Shown: positions 47,869 to 59,995 of the stretch, piece after piece
Layout of the letters: the number at the start of each line of letters is the position of its first letter
How positions within the stretch are numbered: the stretch's first letter is position 1
Source of the DNA: Myxococcota bacterium
GTDB lineage: Bacteria; Myxococcota_A; UBA796; SXON01
Reading direction: 5' to 3'
Assembly: GCA_040386535.1 (NCBI GenBank)
Contig: JAZKFH010000009.1
Location: forward strand, 245,551 to 309,550
Length of the DNA: 64,000 bases
Notes under the pieces: model-generated
The model's database searches: none
Told to the model about the DNA's origin: nothing
Seen by the model: only the letters and a program-made list of their open reading frames with translations
Program-made: the position numbers and the translations under genes

Positions 47869-50862
47869 GTGGCTGAATCCCTGGCCCGAATCCAAGCCTC
47901 CCTCCGCGGTCTCGCGCGGCGGGAGCAGCGGAACCTGCTCCTGCAGGCCGGTCTCGCCGCGTTCGCGGCGTGGTGCCTGGCCTGGGCGGGGCTCGCGGCG
48001 GCGGTCAGCTACGAAGTAGCCTCCCGGAGCGCCGCGCCCGCCTGGATCGGCGGCCTGGTGCTCGCGGGCGTCATCGCCGGCGTCTGGCCCTTGCGCCGCT
48101 TCCGCGCCGCCCGGGATGCCCGCCTGCAAGCCCTCCGCGTGGAGGCGCTCCGCCCTGAGCTCAAGGGCGCCCTGCTCACCGTGCTCGACCGGGAGGCACG
48201 CCCCCGCGGGTCGCCGTCGCTCCTGGCGCGGCTTGCCGCCCGCTCCGCCGCTACGGTCGACGCTGTCGCCCCCGCGGCCGTGCACCCGATGGACACCGTG
48301 CGCCGTGTGGCCGTGCTCGCGGTCCTGTCCGCGGTGCTCCTGGCGCTCGCCGGGCTGCTGCTCCCGCGCGGCCCGCTCGAGGCCCTCGCGGCGTTGCGTT
48401 CCCCCCTCGTGGAGCCCACGGCCGAGGCGGTCGTGGTGCCCGACGGCCCGCGTGCGCTGCTCGGCGACATCACGCTCCGCTACCTGTACCCGACCTACAC
48501 CGGCCGGGAGCCCTTCGAGGTCCCCAACTCCAACGGGGAGGTGCACGCGCCCCCCGGCACGCGTGTGGAGGTGCGGGCGCGCACGGGTGAGGTCTACGAG
48601 CAGGCCGCGCTGGTGGTCTATGAGGGCGCGCCCACGCCGATCGAGCTGGTGGACGGGCGCGATGTGCGCGCCAGCTTCCTGGTCGAGGGGGCCGGCGCCT
48701 GGCGCGTCCTGTTCGGGACCCTGCCGTCGCCGGACTACGCGATCGTCCCCGACCCGGACCTCCCGCCGGACGTGTCGGTGCAGAGCCCCCAGCGCGTGCT
48801 CTCCCTCGCGGTCGACAAGGCCGTTGCCCTCCAGTGGACCGCGCGGGACGACTTCGGCATCGCGCGCGTCGTGGTCGAGGTCGACGAGGACGGCACGAAG
48901 CGCGAGGTGTCCGTGCGCGTCCCGGTCGACGTGCCGCGCGACCTCGGAGGCACCCTCACGCTGACCCCCAAGGAGCTCGGGCTCGCGCCTGGGAGCCGCG
49001 CGAAGCTCCGCATCGCGGCCTGGGACAACGACGCGGTGTCCGGCAGCAAGGCCGGCTACTCCACCGTCATCGAGGTCGAGGTGCTCGGTCCCCGCGGGCG
49101 CGCTGATCGGCAGTCGAAGTACCGCAAGCTCCTGAGGGACGCATTGGTCCTCGTCCTTGCGGACTACGTGCTCGATCCTGCACCGGCGGTGATGGTCGGG
49201 GCGGACGCGCCGACCTGGGCCACCTCGGCGGGCGGGCGCTACGAGCGCTTCGACCAGCTCGTGCAGGAAGCGTGGGGGGGCGCCGAGACCGACACGTTCG
49301 ACACCACGCTGCTGCAGGTGCTCCGTGAGGACCGTCGTGGCCTCCTCTCCTTCGCCAACGGGCTCGGCACCGCTACGCGCATCAGCGAGCGTGATCTGGC
49401 GCTGTTCGTGTCCTTGCAGGACAAGCACGTCGGCACGCTGGAGAACGCGATCTTGATGCTCGACCAGGTGATCCGCGCCGCCGCGCTCGCCAACCTCGAG
49501 GAGCTCGTGGTGCAGGCCGCCAAGGAGGCCCAGGAGCTCAAGGCGGACTTCCAGACGCTGGACAAGTCCTCGGCCCTGGCGCGGCTCGACCAGCTCGAGC
49601 GCCTGTACCAGCAGCTCGCCCGGGAGGCCGCCAAGCTCGACGAGGGCCAGCTCCGCGAGTTCGTGAACGACCGGAGCGAGCAGGTCGACAGCCTGATGGA
49701 CGAGATCCGCAAGGCCATCCGCGAGGGCCGGATGGACGACGCGAAGGAGCTGATGGACCGGCTCGCCGCCACCATGCAGGAGATGGCCGACCAGGTCGAG
49801 GGCATGCAGGAGCAGCGCGAGAAGTCGGGCGAAGAGCTGCAGAAGGCGATGGAGCAGGTCAAGAGCGAGCTCGCCAAGCTCGAGAAGGACCAGAAGGCGC
49901 TCCGGGAGCAGACGGAAGCGGCGCGCGAGAAGCATGGCGACGACATGAAGGAGGCCGTCGACAGCTGGAAGGAGATCGAGTCGCTCTCCGCCACCATCGT
50001 CGAGCAGCTCGGCCGGCTCGATCCCGCGCTGGAGCCCTTCACGTCCTCGTCCTGGAGCGGCGGGTCGGTCCTGGGCGAGGTGCAGGCGGACGCCTCCGGG
50101 CTCCACGACTCGGCGCGCGCGCGGGATCTGCAGACCGCGCTCCTCCGCGCGGACCAGCTCTACGGCCAGCTCCGCATGCTCGGGAGCCGGATCACGGGGT
50201 CCCAGCGGCGTCAAAAGGCCGACGCGACGGCGCTCGCGGTCTCGTTCCGCGTGGTCGAGAACCAGCAGAAGAACGTCCAGAAGGTGCGCGAGCTCCTGGA
50301 GAAGATGGCGGACCGCCAGTCCCAGACCTCACCGGCGCTGCAGCGGGAGCTCCAGGAGATGGCCCAGCAACAGCAGCAGCTCTCCGAGCGCGCCGGGCAG
50401 ACGGCGGAGCGCGCCGGGAAGGTGGCGGAGAACCTGCCGATGGACGCCCCGGGCCTCGCCGAGGGGGCGAAGCGCGGCGCGGAGCAGGCTCGTCGCGCCG
50501 CCCAGGCCATGCGGGACGGCGAGCCCATGCCGGCCGAGGGCGGCCAGCGCGCCGCGGAGGACGCCTTCCGGGAGGCACAGGACGCCCTGGACGAGGCCTC
50601 CCGCAACCTTCAGCAGATGCAGCAGGCGTCGCAAGGCAAGGGGAGCGGCGAGAAGAAGGAGGGCGAGCAGGAGGGCGAGGGCGGCGACAAGTCGGGCGAC
50701 GGCCCGGACGTGCTCGGGGACGAGATGGCGCTGCCGGCGCCCGAGGCGTTCCGGACGCCCGAAGAGTACCGGCGCGCGTTGCTCCAGGGGATGGAGGGCG
50801 ACGTGCCGGAGGAGTACAAGACCTTGAACCGTAGGTATTATGAAGAACTGGTTCGCCAGTAG
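47869..50862 (+). CDS. DUF4175-like membrane-anchored long coiled-coil protein
   Basis: N-terminal TMs, YPTYTG, DDFGI, AWDND, long Gln/Glu helical region, VPEEYK...RRYYEELVR terminus. Confidence 0.8.
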   Translation: MAESLARIQASLRGLARREQRNLLLQAGLAAFAAWCLAWAGLAAAVSYEVASRSAAPAWIGGLVLAGVIAGVWPLRRFRAARDARLQALRVEALRPELKGALLTVLDREARPRGSPSLLARLAARSAATVDAVAPAAVHPMDTVRRVAVLAVLSAVLLALAGLLLPRGPLEALAALRSPLVEPTAEAVVVPDGPRALLGDITLRYLYPTYTGREPFEVPNSNGEVHAPPGTRVEVRARTGEVYEQAALVVYEGAPTPIELVDGRDVRASFLVEGAGAWRVLFGTLPSPDYAIVPDPDLPPDVSVQSPQRVLSLAVDKAVALQWTARDDFGIARVVVEVDEDGTKREVSVRVPVDVPRDLGGTLTLTPKELGLAPGSRAKLRIAAWDNDAVSGSKAGYSTVIEVEVLGPRGRADRQSKYRKLLRDALVLVLADYVLDPAPAVMVGADAPTWATSAGGRYERFDQLVQEAWGGAETDTFDTTLLQVLREDRRGLLSFANGLGTATRISERDLALFVSLQDKHVGTLENAILMLDQVIRAAALANLEELVVQAAKEAQELKADFQTLDKSSALARLDQLERLYQQLAREAAKLDEGQLREFVNDRSEQVDSLMDEIRKAIREGRMDDAKELMDRLAATMQEMADQVEGMQEQREKSGEELQKAMEQVKSELAKLEKDQKALREQTEAAREKHGDDMKEAVDSWKEIESLSATIVEQLGRLDPALEPFTSSSWSGGSVLGEVQADASGLHDSARARDLQTALLRADQLYGQLRMLGSRITGSQRRQKADATALAVSFRVVENQQKNVQKVRELLEKMADRQSQTSPALQRELQEMAQQQQQLSERAGQTAERAGKVAENLPMDAPGLAEGAKRGAEQARRAAQAMRDGEPMPAEGGQRAAEDAFREAQDALDEASRNLQQMQQASQGKGSGEKKEGEQEGEGGDKSGDGPDVLGDEMALPAPEAFRTPEEYRRALLQGMEGDVPEEYKTLNRRYYEELVRQ

Positions 50863-52458
50863 TCGGTTGACCCGCGGCCTGCTCGTCAGCAGCCAGCTGC
50901 TGGGGGCGGGCTCCGCGTGGGGGGCGTCCCTCGCCGACGGGCGCGCGTGCCTGGAGGCCTCCGACCTGCCCTGCGCCAGCGCGGCGGCGGCCACCGCTGG
51001 CGAGAGCCCTGACGCACAGGCGTTCCGGGCGGAGGTCACGTTCGCGCGGGCCGAGTTCGCGGAGGCCCTCCGCCTCATGGAGCTCGCCTCGGCCGCGCGC
51101 CCGAGCGACGAGCAGATGGCGCGCACGTTGAAGCTCTACCGGGCGACCGTCGAGGCGACGGACGGCTTCGTCACCAGCAAGCGCGGCGACGTCGAGATCC
51201 GCTACCTGCCCGGCACCGATCTGGTGCTGGTGGACGAGGCCTTCGAGGCGCTCCAGGCCGCGCACGATCGCATCGGGCCGCTGCTCGGCGGCGCGCCCCC
51301 GGGCGGCGTCCGGATGGAGATCTACCCGACCGCGGAGCGCTTCACGAAGGCGAGCGGCCTGCCGACGGAGGCGGTGCAGACCACGGGCGTGGTGGCGCTC
51401 TCGAAGTGGACCCGCCTGCTCGTCACGAGCCCGCGCGCGCTCGGCCGCGGCTACGCGTGGAAGGACACGATCGCGCACGAGTACATCCACTACATCGTGG
51501 CCTGGCGCACGAAGGACCAGGCCCCCGTGTGGCTCCAGGAGGGCATCGCGCGCTCCCACGAGTCGTTGTGGAACCAGGACCAGCCTCCCGCGCTCCAGCC
51601 CTACCAGCAGTCGCTCCTGGCGGAGGCCCTCGCGGGCGACAAGCTCGTGCCGCTCGAGCGCATGCACCCGAGCATGGCGTTCCTCGACTCGGCCGACGAG
51701 GCCGCGCTGGCCTTCGCCCAGGTGAGCACGATGATGGTCCACCTCCGCGCTGTCGCCGGCACGGACGCGGTCTCCAAGGTGCTCGACCGTGTGCGCAAGG
51801 GCACCGACGCGCTCAAGGCCACCGCCGAGGTCGGCACCGCGGGCGACGTAGGCGCGTTCATGACCGGCTGGCGCACCATGCTCGCGGACATGCACCTCGT
51901 GCGCCGCAAGCTCGCCGCGATGCCGACGGTGCTCGGCCCCGGCGAGGACGACTTCGGCATCGACCCGGTGCTGGCCACCCGCCGCGATCTCGCCGGCCAC
52001 GCCCGCCTCGGGGACCTTCTCCGCGAGGCCGACCGCGCCGAGGCCTCGCTGGTCGAGTACCGCAAGGCCATCCCGGAGGGCGAGCCCGCGCCCCCCACGT
52101 TGAGCTCGCGGATGGCGGAGGCGCTCCTTACGCTCGGCCGCACGGACGAGGCGCTCGCGACGCTCCGCGCCTCGGTCAACGATTATCCCGAGTACGCCAC
52201 CACTCGGAAGAGCCTCGGCGGCATCCTGCTCTCGCAGGGTAAAGCCGCGGATGCGTTGGTCCAGTTCCGGGCCAGCGCCGACATCAACCCCTTCGATCCC
52301 GACGTGCAGTCGGCGCTCGCCGATCTCTACACGAGCCTCGGCGACGCGACGCTCGCGGCGCGCCACGCGCGGTACAGGGGAATTCTCGCACTCGGCGGCG
52401 CCACCCCAGGTGCAAAAAGCCCCGGTTCCCGTGGACCGGGCGCAAACGGAGACGACGG

Positions 52459-52462
<4 letters not shown>
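50840..52462 (+). CDS. peptidase MA-like zinc metalloprotease with TPR repeats
   Basis: HEYIH followed by [10 protein letters not shown]- and C-terminal TPRs; signal peptide. Confidence 0.88.
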
Positions 52463-53477
<1,015 letters not shown>

Positions 53478-53481
<4 letters not shown>

Positions 53482-54350
53482 ACGGCCCCTGGGATCCCCG
53501 CGTCCTCGAGCGCGTCCGCCACCTTCACCTGCACGCGCGGCAGGCGGTGGCCGGCCTGTGGCACGGCACCCAGCGGTCGATCCACACGGGCCACGACGTC
53601 GAGTTCGCCGACTACAAACCCTACGACCTGGGAGACTCGCTCCGCGACGTCGACTGGCGCGTGCTCGCGCGCACCGACCGCCTCGTGGTGCGTCGCTACC
53701 GCGCCGAGACCGAGCTCCCCGTCATGATCGTGCTCGACGCCTCGGGGGACCTCGGCTCCACCCCCGCCAAGCTCGACATGGCGCTGCGCACCGCGGCCAC
53801 GATGGCCTACCTGTTGCACCTCGACGGCGAGCCCGTGGGCCTCACGATCGGCGCGGGGGAGGGCGTCACGATCCGCCGCCTGCCGCCGCGCCGGGGCCGT
53901 CGCCACCTCGCCCAGCTCTTCCTGCTGCTCGCCTCGGTGCGCCCCTCCGGCCGCGCCGGTCTCGACTCGTTGTTCCGCGAGGTGGGCGCGCACCTCGGCG
54001 CCCGATCGTTGGTAGTGGTGGTCAGCGATTTCATGGAGGAGCCCTCGACCTGGACCGGCGCCCTCGCCGCCCTGACCCGTCAGCGCGTGGATCTACGGGC
54101 GTTCCAGGTGTGGGATCCCGCGGAGCTCGAGCTGCGCTACGACGCGCCGCTCAAGCTGCGCTCCCCCGAGACCAACGAGGAGCTCCCCGTCGATCCGTCG
54201 GCGGCTCGCGCCCTGTTCGGCGAGGTGGTGAGCGAGTTCTTCACCGAGGTGCGCACCGCGGTGCACGCCCGGCGCGGGCGCCACTACGATGTGCCCGTGG
54301 GCGTCGATCTCGCGGCGGTGCTCGCCCGCTTCCTCGCGGGAGGCGCGTGA
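53478..54350 (+). CDS. DUF58 domain protein (MoxR-associated, vWA-like)
   Basis: [29 protein letters not shown] overlap. Confidence 0.92.
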
Positions 54351-56398
54351 ACTTCGTCCTGCTCGCTCCCGCGGCCCTGGCCCTCGCCGCCCTCCTCGCG
54401 GGGCCGATCCTCGCGCACCTGTCGAAGCAGCAGCCGCGCGAGCGCCGCCCGTTCGGTGCCCTGCTCCTGCTCGAGCGGCTCCAGCGCCGCCTGCACCGGC
54501 GCCGACGCCTCCAGGACCGTCTCCTCCTCCTCCTCCGCATCCTCGCGATCGCGGCAGTCGTCTTCGCCGCATCCCGGCCCCAGGCGCAGTGGACCGGCGG
54601 GCCCCCGACGTTCGGCGGCACCGGCAACGTCATCGTCATCCTCGACGACTCTTTGTCCATGGATCAGCGCGTCCTCGGCGATCCCGCCTTCGCCCTCGCC
54701 CGCAAGGACGCCGCCGCCCAGGTGCGCGCGCTCGGGCCGGGCGTGCGGGTCGCGGTCATCCGCGTCGGCGGTACGGCAACCCTGCTCACCGCCGGCTTCA
54801 CCGCCGACACGTCGCTCGCCGCCTCGCTCGTGGAGGGGGTGGAGCAGTCCTACGGCGGCACCGACCTGCGCGGGGCCTTCACGCTCGCCCGCGCCACGCT
54901 CGAGGGCGCCGCGGGGGAGATCCTCGTCTACACGGACGAGTCCGGCGTCGGCGTGGTCGACGCGAGCGCCGGCGACATCGACCGCCTGCTCGCGCTCGGC
55001 TCCTCGATCCTGCCGCGTGTGTACGGGCCCGAGTCGCGCCGCAACGTCGCGCCCGTCGAAGCTAGCTATGGCGACGGCCTCGAAGGCGGCACCGTCACCG
55101 TCCTGCTCGCCAACTGGGGGGCCGACGAGCGCGAGGTCCCCGCGACCGTGCACCTCCCCGACGGGGCCCAGATCACGGCCTTCGTCACCGTTCCCGGCGC
55201 GTCGGACGGTGGTCCCGGCACCGCCGAGTCCCGCTTCACCGTGCCGCGGCAGGCCGAAGGCGGCGTGGCCCGGGTCGAGATCGACGACCCTGATCTCCCC
55301 CTAGACAACGCCCGGTTCTTCCACCTCCCGCGCATCGGCGCGAGCCGCGTGCTCGTGGTCGACGGTGACCCCGGCTCGACCCCGACGCGCTCCGAGGTCT
55401 ACTTCCTCGAGCGCGCGTTGGCACCCTGGGGCGGGGCCGCCGGCATCGCGGTGGACGTGGTGTCGCCCTCCGGCCTCGCGCGCCTCGATCCCGACACGCA
55501 CCGCGTCGCGTTCCTCGCCAACGTGGCCGATCCCGGCGCGCAGGCGCCCCAGCTCGTCGACTTCGTGCGGCGCGGCGGCGGGCTGGTCATCGGCATGGGC
55601 GACAACGTGACCGCCGAGCGGTACGACACCGCGCTCGCCTCGCTCCTGCCGGCGCCCCTGCGCAAGACCCGGGATCTCGTGAGCCTCACCGAGGAGGACG
55701 GCGCCCCGCTCCGCCCCCCCGACGTCGAGTCGTTCGAGCTGTTCCGCCCCTTCGCGCGCGCCGGTCGCGAGAGCTTCTCCCGCGTGCACACGCGCCGCGT
55801 GATGACGACAGACCCGGTGACCGCCGACGACACCCAGGTGCTCCTCACCTACGACGACGGCGTGCCCGCGCTCCTGGAGCGCCGCATCGGCAACGGGCGC
55901 GTGCTCCTCTGGACCTCGACCTTCGATCTCGGCTGGAGCAACCTGCCGCTCCAGGCGGTGTTCATGCCCTTCGTCCAACGCCTCACCGGCTACCTCGGCG
56001 GGGATGCCGGCGGTGCCGCGTCCACCGCGGACGGCGTCGTGAACACCCCCGTGACCCTGTCGTTCCCGCCCGCCGGGGGTGACCCCGAGGTGACCGGGCC
56101 CGACGGCGGCATCGTCGCCTCCGACCGCGGCATCGGCACGCTCGGCTTCAGCCCCGCGGTGCCCGGCGCGTACGCCGCCGTCCCGACGGGCCTCCCGCCG
56201 CTCGCGTGGGTGGCGGTCAACACCTCGAGCGCCGAGTCCGACGTTCGGCGCGGGACCAGCCTCGTCGAGGTCCAGGCCGAGATCGCCCCCGAGCGGCTCC
56301 GGCGGACCTTCGACCTCGACCTACCCCTCGTGGGCGCCGGTGTGGCCCTGCTGCTCGGCGCCGGCCTGCTCGGGCGCGGCCGGAGTGAAGATGCGTGA
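54347..56398 (+). CDS. BatA/vWA domain membrane protein
   Basis: PILAHL, LLLLLRIL..FAASRP, DDSLSM MIDAS, DN.RF, VDFVRRGGGL, WSNLP, AESD; C-terminal TM. Confidence 0.9.
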   Translation: MNFVLLAPAALALAALLAGPILAHLSKQQPRERRPFGALLLLERLQRRLHRRRRLQDRLLLLLRILAIAAVVFAASRPQAQWTGGPPTFGGTGNVIVILDDSLSMDQRVLGDPAFALARKDAAAQVRALGPGVRVAVIRVGGTATLLTAGFTADTSLAASLVEGVEQSYGGTDLRGAFTLARATLEGAAGEILVYTDESGVGVVDASAGDIDRLLALGSSILPRVYGPESRRNVAPVEASYGDGLEGGTVTVLLANWGADEREVPATVHLPDGAQITAFVTVPGASDGGPGTAESRFTVPRQAEGGVARVEIDDPDLPLDNARFFHLPRIGASRVLVVDGDPGSTPTRSEVYFLERALAPWGGAAGIAVDVVSPSGLARLDPDTHRVAFLANVADPGAQAPQLVDFVRRGGGLVIGMGDNVTAERYDTALASLLPAPLRKTRDLVSLTEEDGAPLRPPDVESFELFRPFARAGRESFSRVHTRRVMTTDPVTADDTQVLLTYDDGVPALLERRIGNGRVLLWTSTFDLGWSNLPLQAVFMPFVQRLTGYLGGDAGGAASTADGVVNTPVTLSFPPAGGDPEVTGPDGGIVASDRGIGTLGFSPAVPGAYAAVPTGLPPLAWVAVNTSSAESDVRRGTSLVEVQAEIAPERLRRTFDLDLPLVGAGVALLLGAGLLGRGRSEDA

Positions 56399-57200
56399 CG
56401 ACTCCCGCCGTGACCCCCGCCCCGCTCCCCGCCCCGCTCCCCGCCCCGCTCCGAATCCGACCCGCCGCGCCGTGCTCGCCGGCGCCCTGTCCTTGCCGTT
56501 CGCCGCTCGCGCGCTCGCGGTGGGCCCGGCGTCCGAGGTCGACATCGCGGAGATCCAGCTTTCCACGGGTACGGTCTCTCGGCCCGAGGCGTGGACCCGC
56601 CTGCTGTTCGAGCTCCTCCAGAGCACGTCGGTAGAGGCCGAGCCGCGCGTGGTGCAGGTCGCCCCCGACGACCCCGCGTTGTTCCGCCACCCGTTCGCCG
56701 TGCTCACCGGCAACGACGCGTTCCCGCCGCTCTCCGAGGCCGCGTCGCAACAGCTCGTGCGCTACCTCTCCTACGGCGGCTTCCTGTTCATCGACGACAC
56801 GAGCGGCGAGAGCGAGAGCGCCTTCGATACCAGCGTCCGCGCCATGATCCGGCGGTTGTTCCCGACCCGCCCGCTCACCACGCTTCCGTCCGATCACTCG
56901 GTGTACCGGGCGTTCTTCCTGCTCCGTGAGCCCGTCGGGCGCGTCGCCTTGCACCGCACGCTCGAAGGGGTCGCGCAGGGGAGCATGCACCCGCTGCTGT
57001 ACAGCCGGGACGACGTGTCGGGCGCGCTCGATCGCCGCGCGGACGGCTCGAACGCGCTGCCGTGCACGCCGGGCGGCGAGCTCCAGCGGCGCGAGGCAGT
57101 CAAGCTCGGCATCAACATCCTCATGTACGGGCTCACCTCCAACTACAAGCAGGATCAGGCCCACGTCGAGCAGCTCATCCGCGAGGGGCGCCTCGAATGA
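56391..57200 (+). CDS. DUF4159 domain protein with Tat signal
   Basis: TRRAVL twin-Arg leader; YLSYGGFLFIDD, HSVYRAFF, GINILMYGLT.NYK.DQ.H. Confidence 0.9.
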   Translation: MRDDSRRDPRPAPRPAPRPAPNPTRRAVLAGALSLPFAARALAVGPASEVDIAEIQLSTGTVSRPEAWTRLLFELLQSTSVEAEPRVVQVAPDDPALFRHPFAVLTGNDAFPPLSEAASQQLVRYLSYGGFLFIDDTSGESESAFDTSVRAMIRRLFPTRPLTTLPSDHSVYRAFFLLREPVGRVALHRTLEGVAQGSMHPLLYSRDDVSGALDRRADGSNALPCTPGGELQRREAVKLGINILMYGLTSNYKQDQAHVEQLIREGRLE

Positions 57201-59455
57201 GTCGTCTGCTCGATTGGCTGCTGGGCGGGTGTTGTGGGCCGGGCGGGACGCTCGTCTTCACGACGGAGCCGTGGATCGTCGGGACCGCTGCCCTCGGTGT
57301 GTTCCTCGCGCTGGTGCTGGCCGCGCGCCCGCGCCCGCGGAGCGCCCCCCGGTTCGCCGAGGTGGGGTTGCTCGCGGCGGCCGGCGCGGTGCTCCTCGCG
57401 GCCGTCGCCGGGCCGGTGTGGGTCCAGGAGGGCGATCGGATCGAGGCGGGCCGCTACGTCGTGCTGGTCGACGCGTCGCGATCCATGCAGGTGCTCGACG
57501 GGGACGGGAAGCCCCGCTCCGACAAGGTCGCCGCGCGCCTCGCGAAGCTGCCGGGCGCCGAGGTCTACTCCTTCGGTGACGGCCTGCGTCCCGGCGTGCC
57601 GCCCGCCTACGATGCCGGCGACACCGACCTCGGCGGGGCGCTCGCCGCCATCGCGCAGCGCTACGCGGGCGAGAAGCTCGAGGGCATCGCGGTCCTGACC
57701 GACGGCATCGACCGCGGCGGGCTGCGGCGCCGCGTGGTGGGCGAGTCGGACGCGGTGCTGCCGCGCCTCAACGGCCCGCTGACGCTGTACCAGGTAGGAG
57801 ACGACGGCGGCCGGACCGACGTGTCCGTCACCGACGTGCGCGCGGGCGGCTTCGCCTTCCTTCGCGCCCCCTTCGCCATCGAGGTCGACGTGCGCGCCGT
57901 CGGCCCAATCGGACTCGGCGGCCCGCGCACGCTCCCGGTCCAGCTCTCCCGCGACGGGCAGCCCGCTGGCAACAAGACAGTCACGTTGGACGCCGAGGGA
58001 AGGGGCACCGCCCGCTTCGAGGTCACGCCCGAGGCCGTCGGCCGCTTCATCTACGAGGCCTCGACCCCCATCGCCGATGGCGACGCCGTGCCGGCCAACA
58101 ACGCCCTCTCGCTCGCCGTGCGGGTCGTCCGCGACCGCGTGCGCGTGCTCCAGGTGAGCGGCTCGCCCTCGTTCGACCAGAAGTTCCTCCGCCTGTTCCT
58201 CAAGGAGGATCCGGCGGTCGATCTCGTGTCCTTCTTCATCCTCCGCACCGACCGCGACATGGGCGCCGGCTGGGACAGCTCCGAGCTCTCCCTGATCCAG
58301 TTCCCGTACACGAAGTTGTTCTCCAGCGAGCTCTGGTCGTTCGACCTCGTCATCTTCCAGAACTTCGACTACCGGCCCTACTTCGCGAACGACGCGGACG
58401 AGCTGCTCGGCAACATCGCCCGGTACGTGAAGGAGAACGGCAAGGCCTTCGTGATGATGGGCGGGGATCGGAGCTTCGATCTCGGCGCCTACGCGGGCAC
58501 GCCCATCGCGGACATCCTCCCGGTGCAGCTCGGCGTCACGGGAGAGGCCATCAACGCCGATCCCTTCTCGCCGCGGCTCACCGAGAGCGGCGGGCGCCAC
58601 CCCATCACCCACATCGTGGGCGATCCGGCGGAGAACGAGCGGCTCTGGACCGGGCTCTCCGCGCTCGACGGGCTGAACCTCTCCCGCGGCGCGTCCCCGG
58701 GCGCGGCCGTCCTCCTGGAGCACCCGAGCCTGAAGGGGGACGACGGCAAGGCGCTCCCGGTGCTGGCCGTAGGGGAGTACGGCGCGGGCCGGTCGATGGC
58801 GCTCCTCGGCGACTCGTCGTGGCGCTGGTCGTTCTCCGAGGCCGGGGAGGGGAAGGGCAACCAGTCCTACCTCCGCTTCTGGAAGAACGCGGCGCGTTGG
58901 CTCATCGGCGATCCCGAGGATCAGCCCGTCGTGGTCGAGGCGAACCGCGACAACTACCAGGTCGGGGAGGAGGTCCGCATCACGACGAAGGTGCGCAACG
59001 TCTCGTTCGCCCCCGTGGTCGACGCGAAGGTGGACATCACGATCGACGGTCCGGGCGGCCGGCAGACCCTCCAGGGGGTCACCAGCGCCGACGGCAGCGT
59101 CGCCCTGGCCTTGCCCGCCGCCGAGCGTGGCGCGCACCGGGTGAAGGTCATGGCGCGTGGCGCGGGTGGCGCCGTCGTGGGGGACGCGCAGACCGCCTAC
59201 GCCGTCACCACGCGCGATCCCGAGCTGGAGGAGGTCGAGCCCGACAGCGCCTTCCTGCGTACGCTCGCCACGCGCACGGGCGGCCTGTACGTCGCCCCCG
59301 GCGACACCACCGCGCCGCTGCGGGACCCCGAGGCTGGCCGTCGCGTGCGGGACCGCACGGAGACCCCACTTTACGCGGCGCCGCTCGTCCCGCTGGCTTT
59401 CGGATTGTTCGTCTCGTTGAGCTGGTGGATCCGGAGGCGCGTCGGATATCGGTAG
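57197..59455 (+). CDS. vWA plus glutamine-amidotransferase-like domain membrane protein
   Basis: VDASRSM, LTDG, DLVSFFILR, MGGDRSF, SWRW, YLRFW, WWIRRRVG C-terminus; ATGA overlap. Confidence 0.85.
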   Translation: MSRLLDWLLGGCCGPGGTLVFTTEPWIVGTAALGVFLALVLAARPRPRSAPRFAEVGLLAAAGAVLLAAVAGPVWVQEGDRIEAGRYVVLVDASRSMQVLDGDGKPRSDKVAARLAKLPGAEVYSFGDGLRPGVPPAYDAGDTDLGGALAAIAQRYAGEKLEGIAVLTDGIDRGGLRRRVVGESDAVLPRLNGPLTLYQVGDDGGRTDVSVTDVRAGGFAFLRAPFAIEVDVRAVGPIGLGGPRTLPVQLSRDGQPAGNKTVTLDAEGRGTARFEVTPEAVGRFIYEASTPIADGDAVPANNALSLAVRVVRDRVRVLQVSGSPSFDQKFLRLFLKEDPAVDLVSFFILRTDRDMGAGWDSSELSLIQFPYTKLFSSELWSFDLVIFQNFDYRPYFANDADELLGNIARYVKENGKAFVMMGGDRSFDLGAYAGTPIADILPVQLGVTGEAINADPFSPRLTESGGRHPITHIVGDPAENERLWTGLSALDGLNLSRGASPGAAVLLEHPSLKGDDGKALPVLAVGEYGAGRSMALLGDSSWRWSFSEAGEGKGNQSYLRFWKNAARWLIGDPEDQPVVVEANRDNYQVGEEVRITTKVRNVSFAPVVDAKVDITIDGPGGRQTLQGVTSADGSVALALPAAERGAHRVKVMARGAGGAVVGDAQTAYAVTTRDPELEEVEPDSAFLRTLATRTGGLYVAPGDTTAPLRDPEAGRRVRDRTETPLYAAPLVPLAFGLFVSLSWWIRRRVGYR

Positions 59456-59458
59456 CGG

Positions 59459-59974
59459 ATGATGTTGGTCCTGGTCGCGGCCGCCCTCGCTGGCCCGTCG
59501 CGTTGTGTTGCCACCTGGACCGGACCCGTCGAGGGCTGCGCGCTCCGCGCGGAGGTCGTCGCGAGCGGCGCCGGCCCGTCCGAGAAGGCCGCCGAGCGCG
59601 CCCTGCAGAAGCAGCTCACCCGCGTGGTCGATCGGTCTATCGCCGCCGCGCTCGCCCGCATGACCCTCGCGGACGAGAGCCAGTTCCGCGCGTGCGAGGA
59701 CGTGGTGCAGGCCAAGGCGTACATCAACTGCTTCGAGGAGCCCGCCCTGGCGAGCCCCGCGTTCTGCTTCGTCGACCTACCCGATCCAACCTGTTGGACC
59801 GGCGAGGTGCTCCAGGTCGAGGACCTGGCGTGGCGCGCGCTCGAGGTGGGCCGCCACAAGATGTGCGCCGCGGTCGACGCGCGGCTCGTGGCGCAGAACT
59901 ATACGGACCTGGCTACGCGCCGGGCGATCTGCGCCGCGTCCTGCGAGAGCAAGACCACCGTCCGGTGCCCGTAG
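59459..59974 (+). CDS. small Cys-rich secreted protein
   Basis: MMLVLVAAALA leader; ten Cys; 3 bp after the previous stop. Confidence 0.7.
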   Translation: MMLVLVAAALAGPSRCVATWTGPVEGCALRAEVVASGAGPSEKAAERALQKQLTRVVDRSIAAALARMTLADESQFRACEDVVQAKAYINCFEEPALASPAFCFVDLPDPTCWTGEVLQVEDLAWRALEVGRHKMCAAVDARLVAQNYTDLATRRAICAASCESKTTVRCP

Positions 59975-59995
59975 AAACAGCCCCCGCGGGCCGCT

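Noticed and set aside
56414..56452. CCCCGCCCCGCT x3 (also a G-quadruplex-like run on the minus strand)
   Set aside because: In-frame RPAP expansion in the Tat leader; explained by slippage, with no evidence of function
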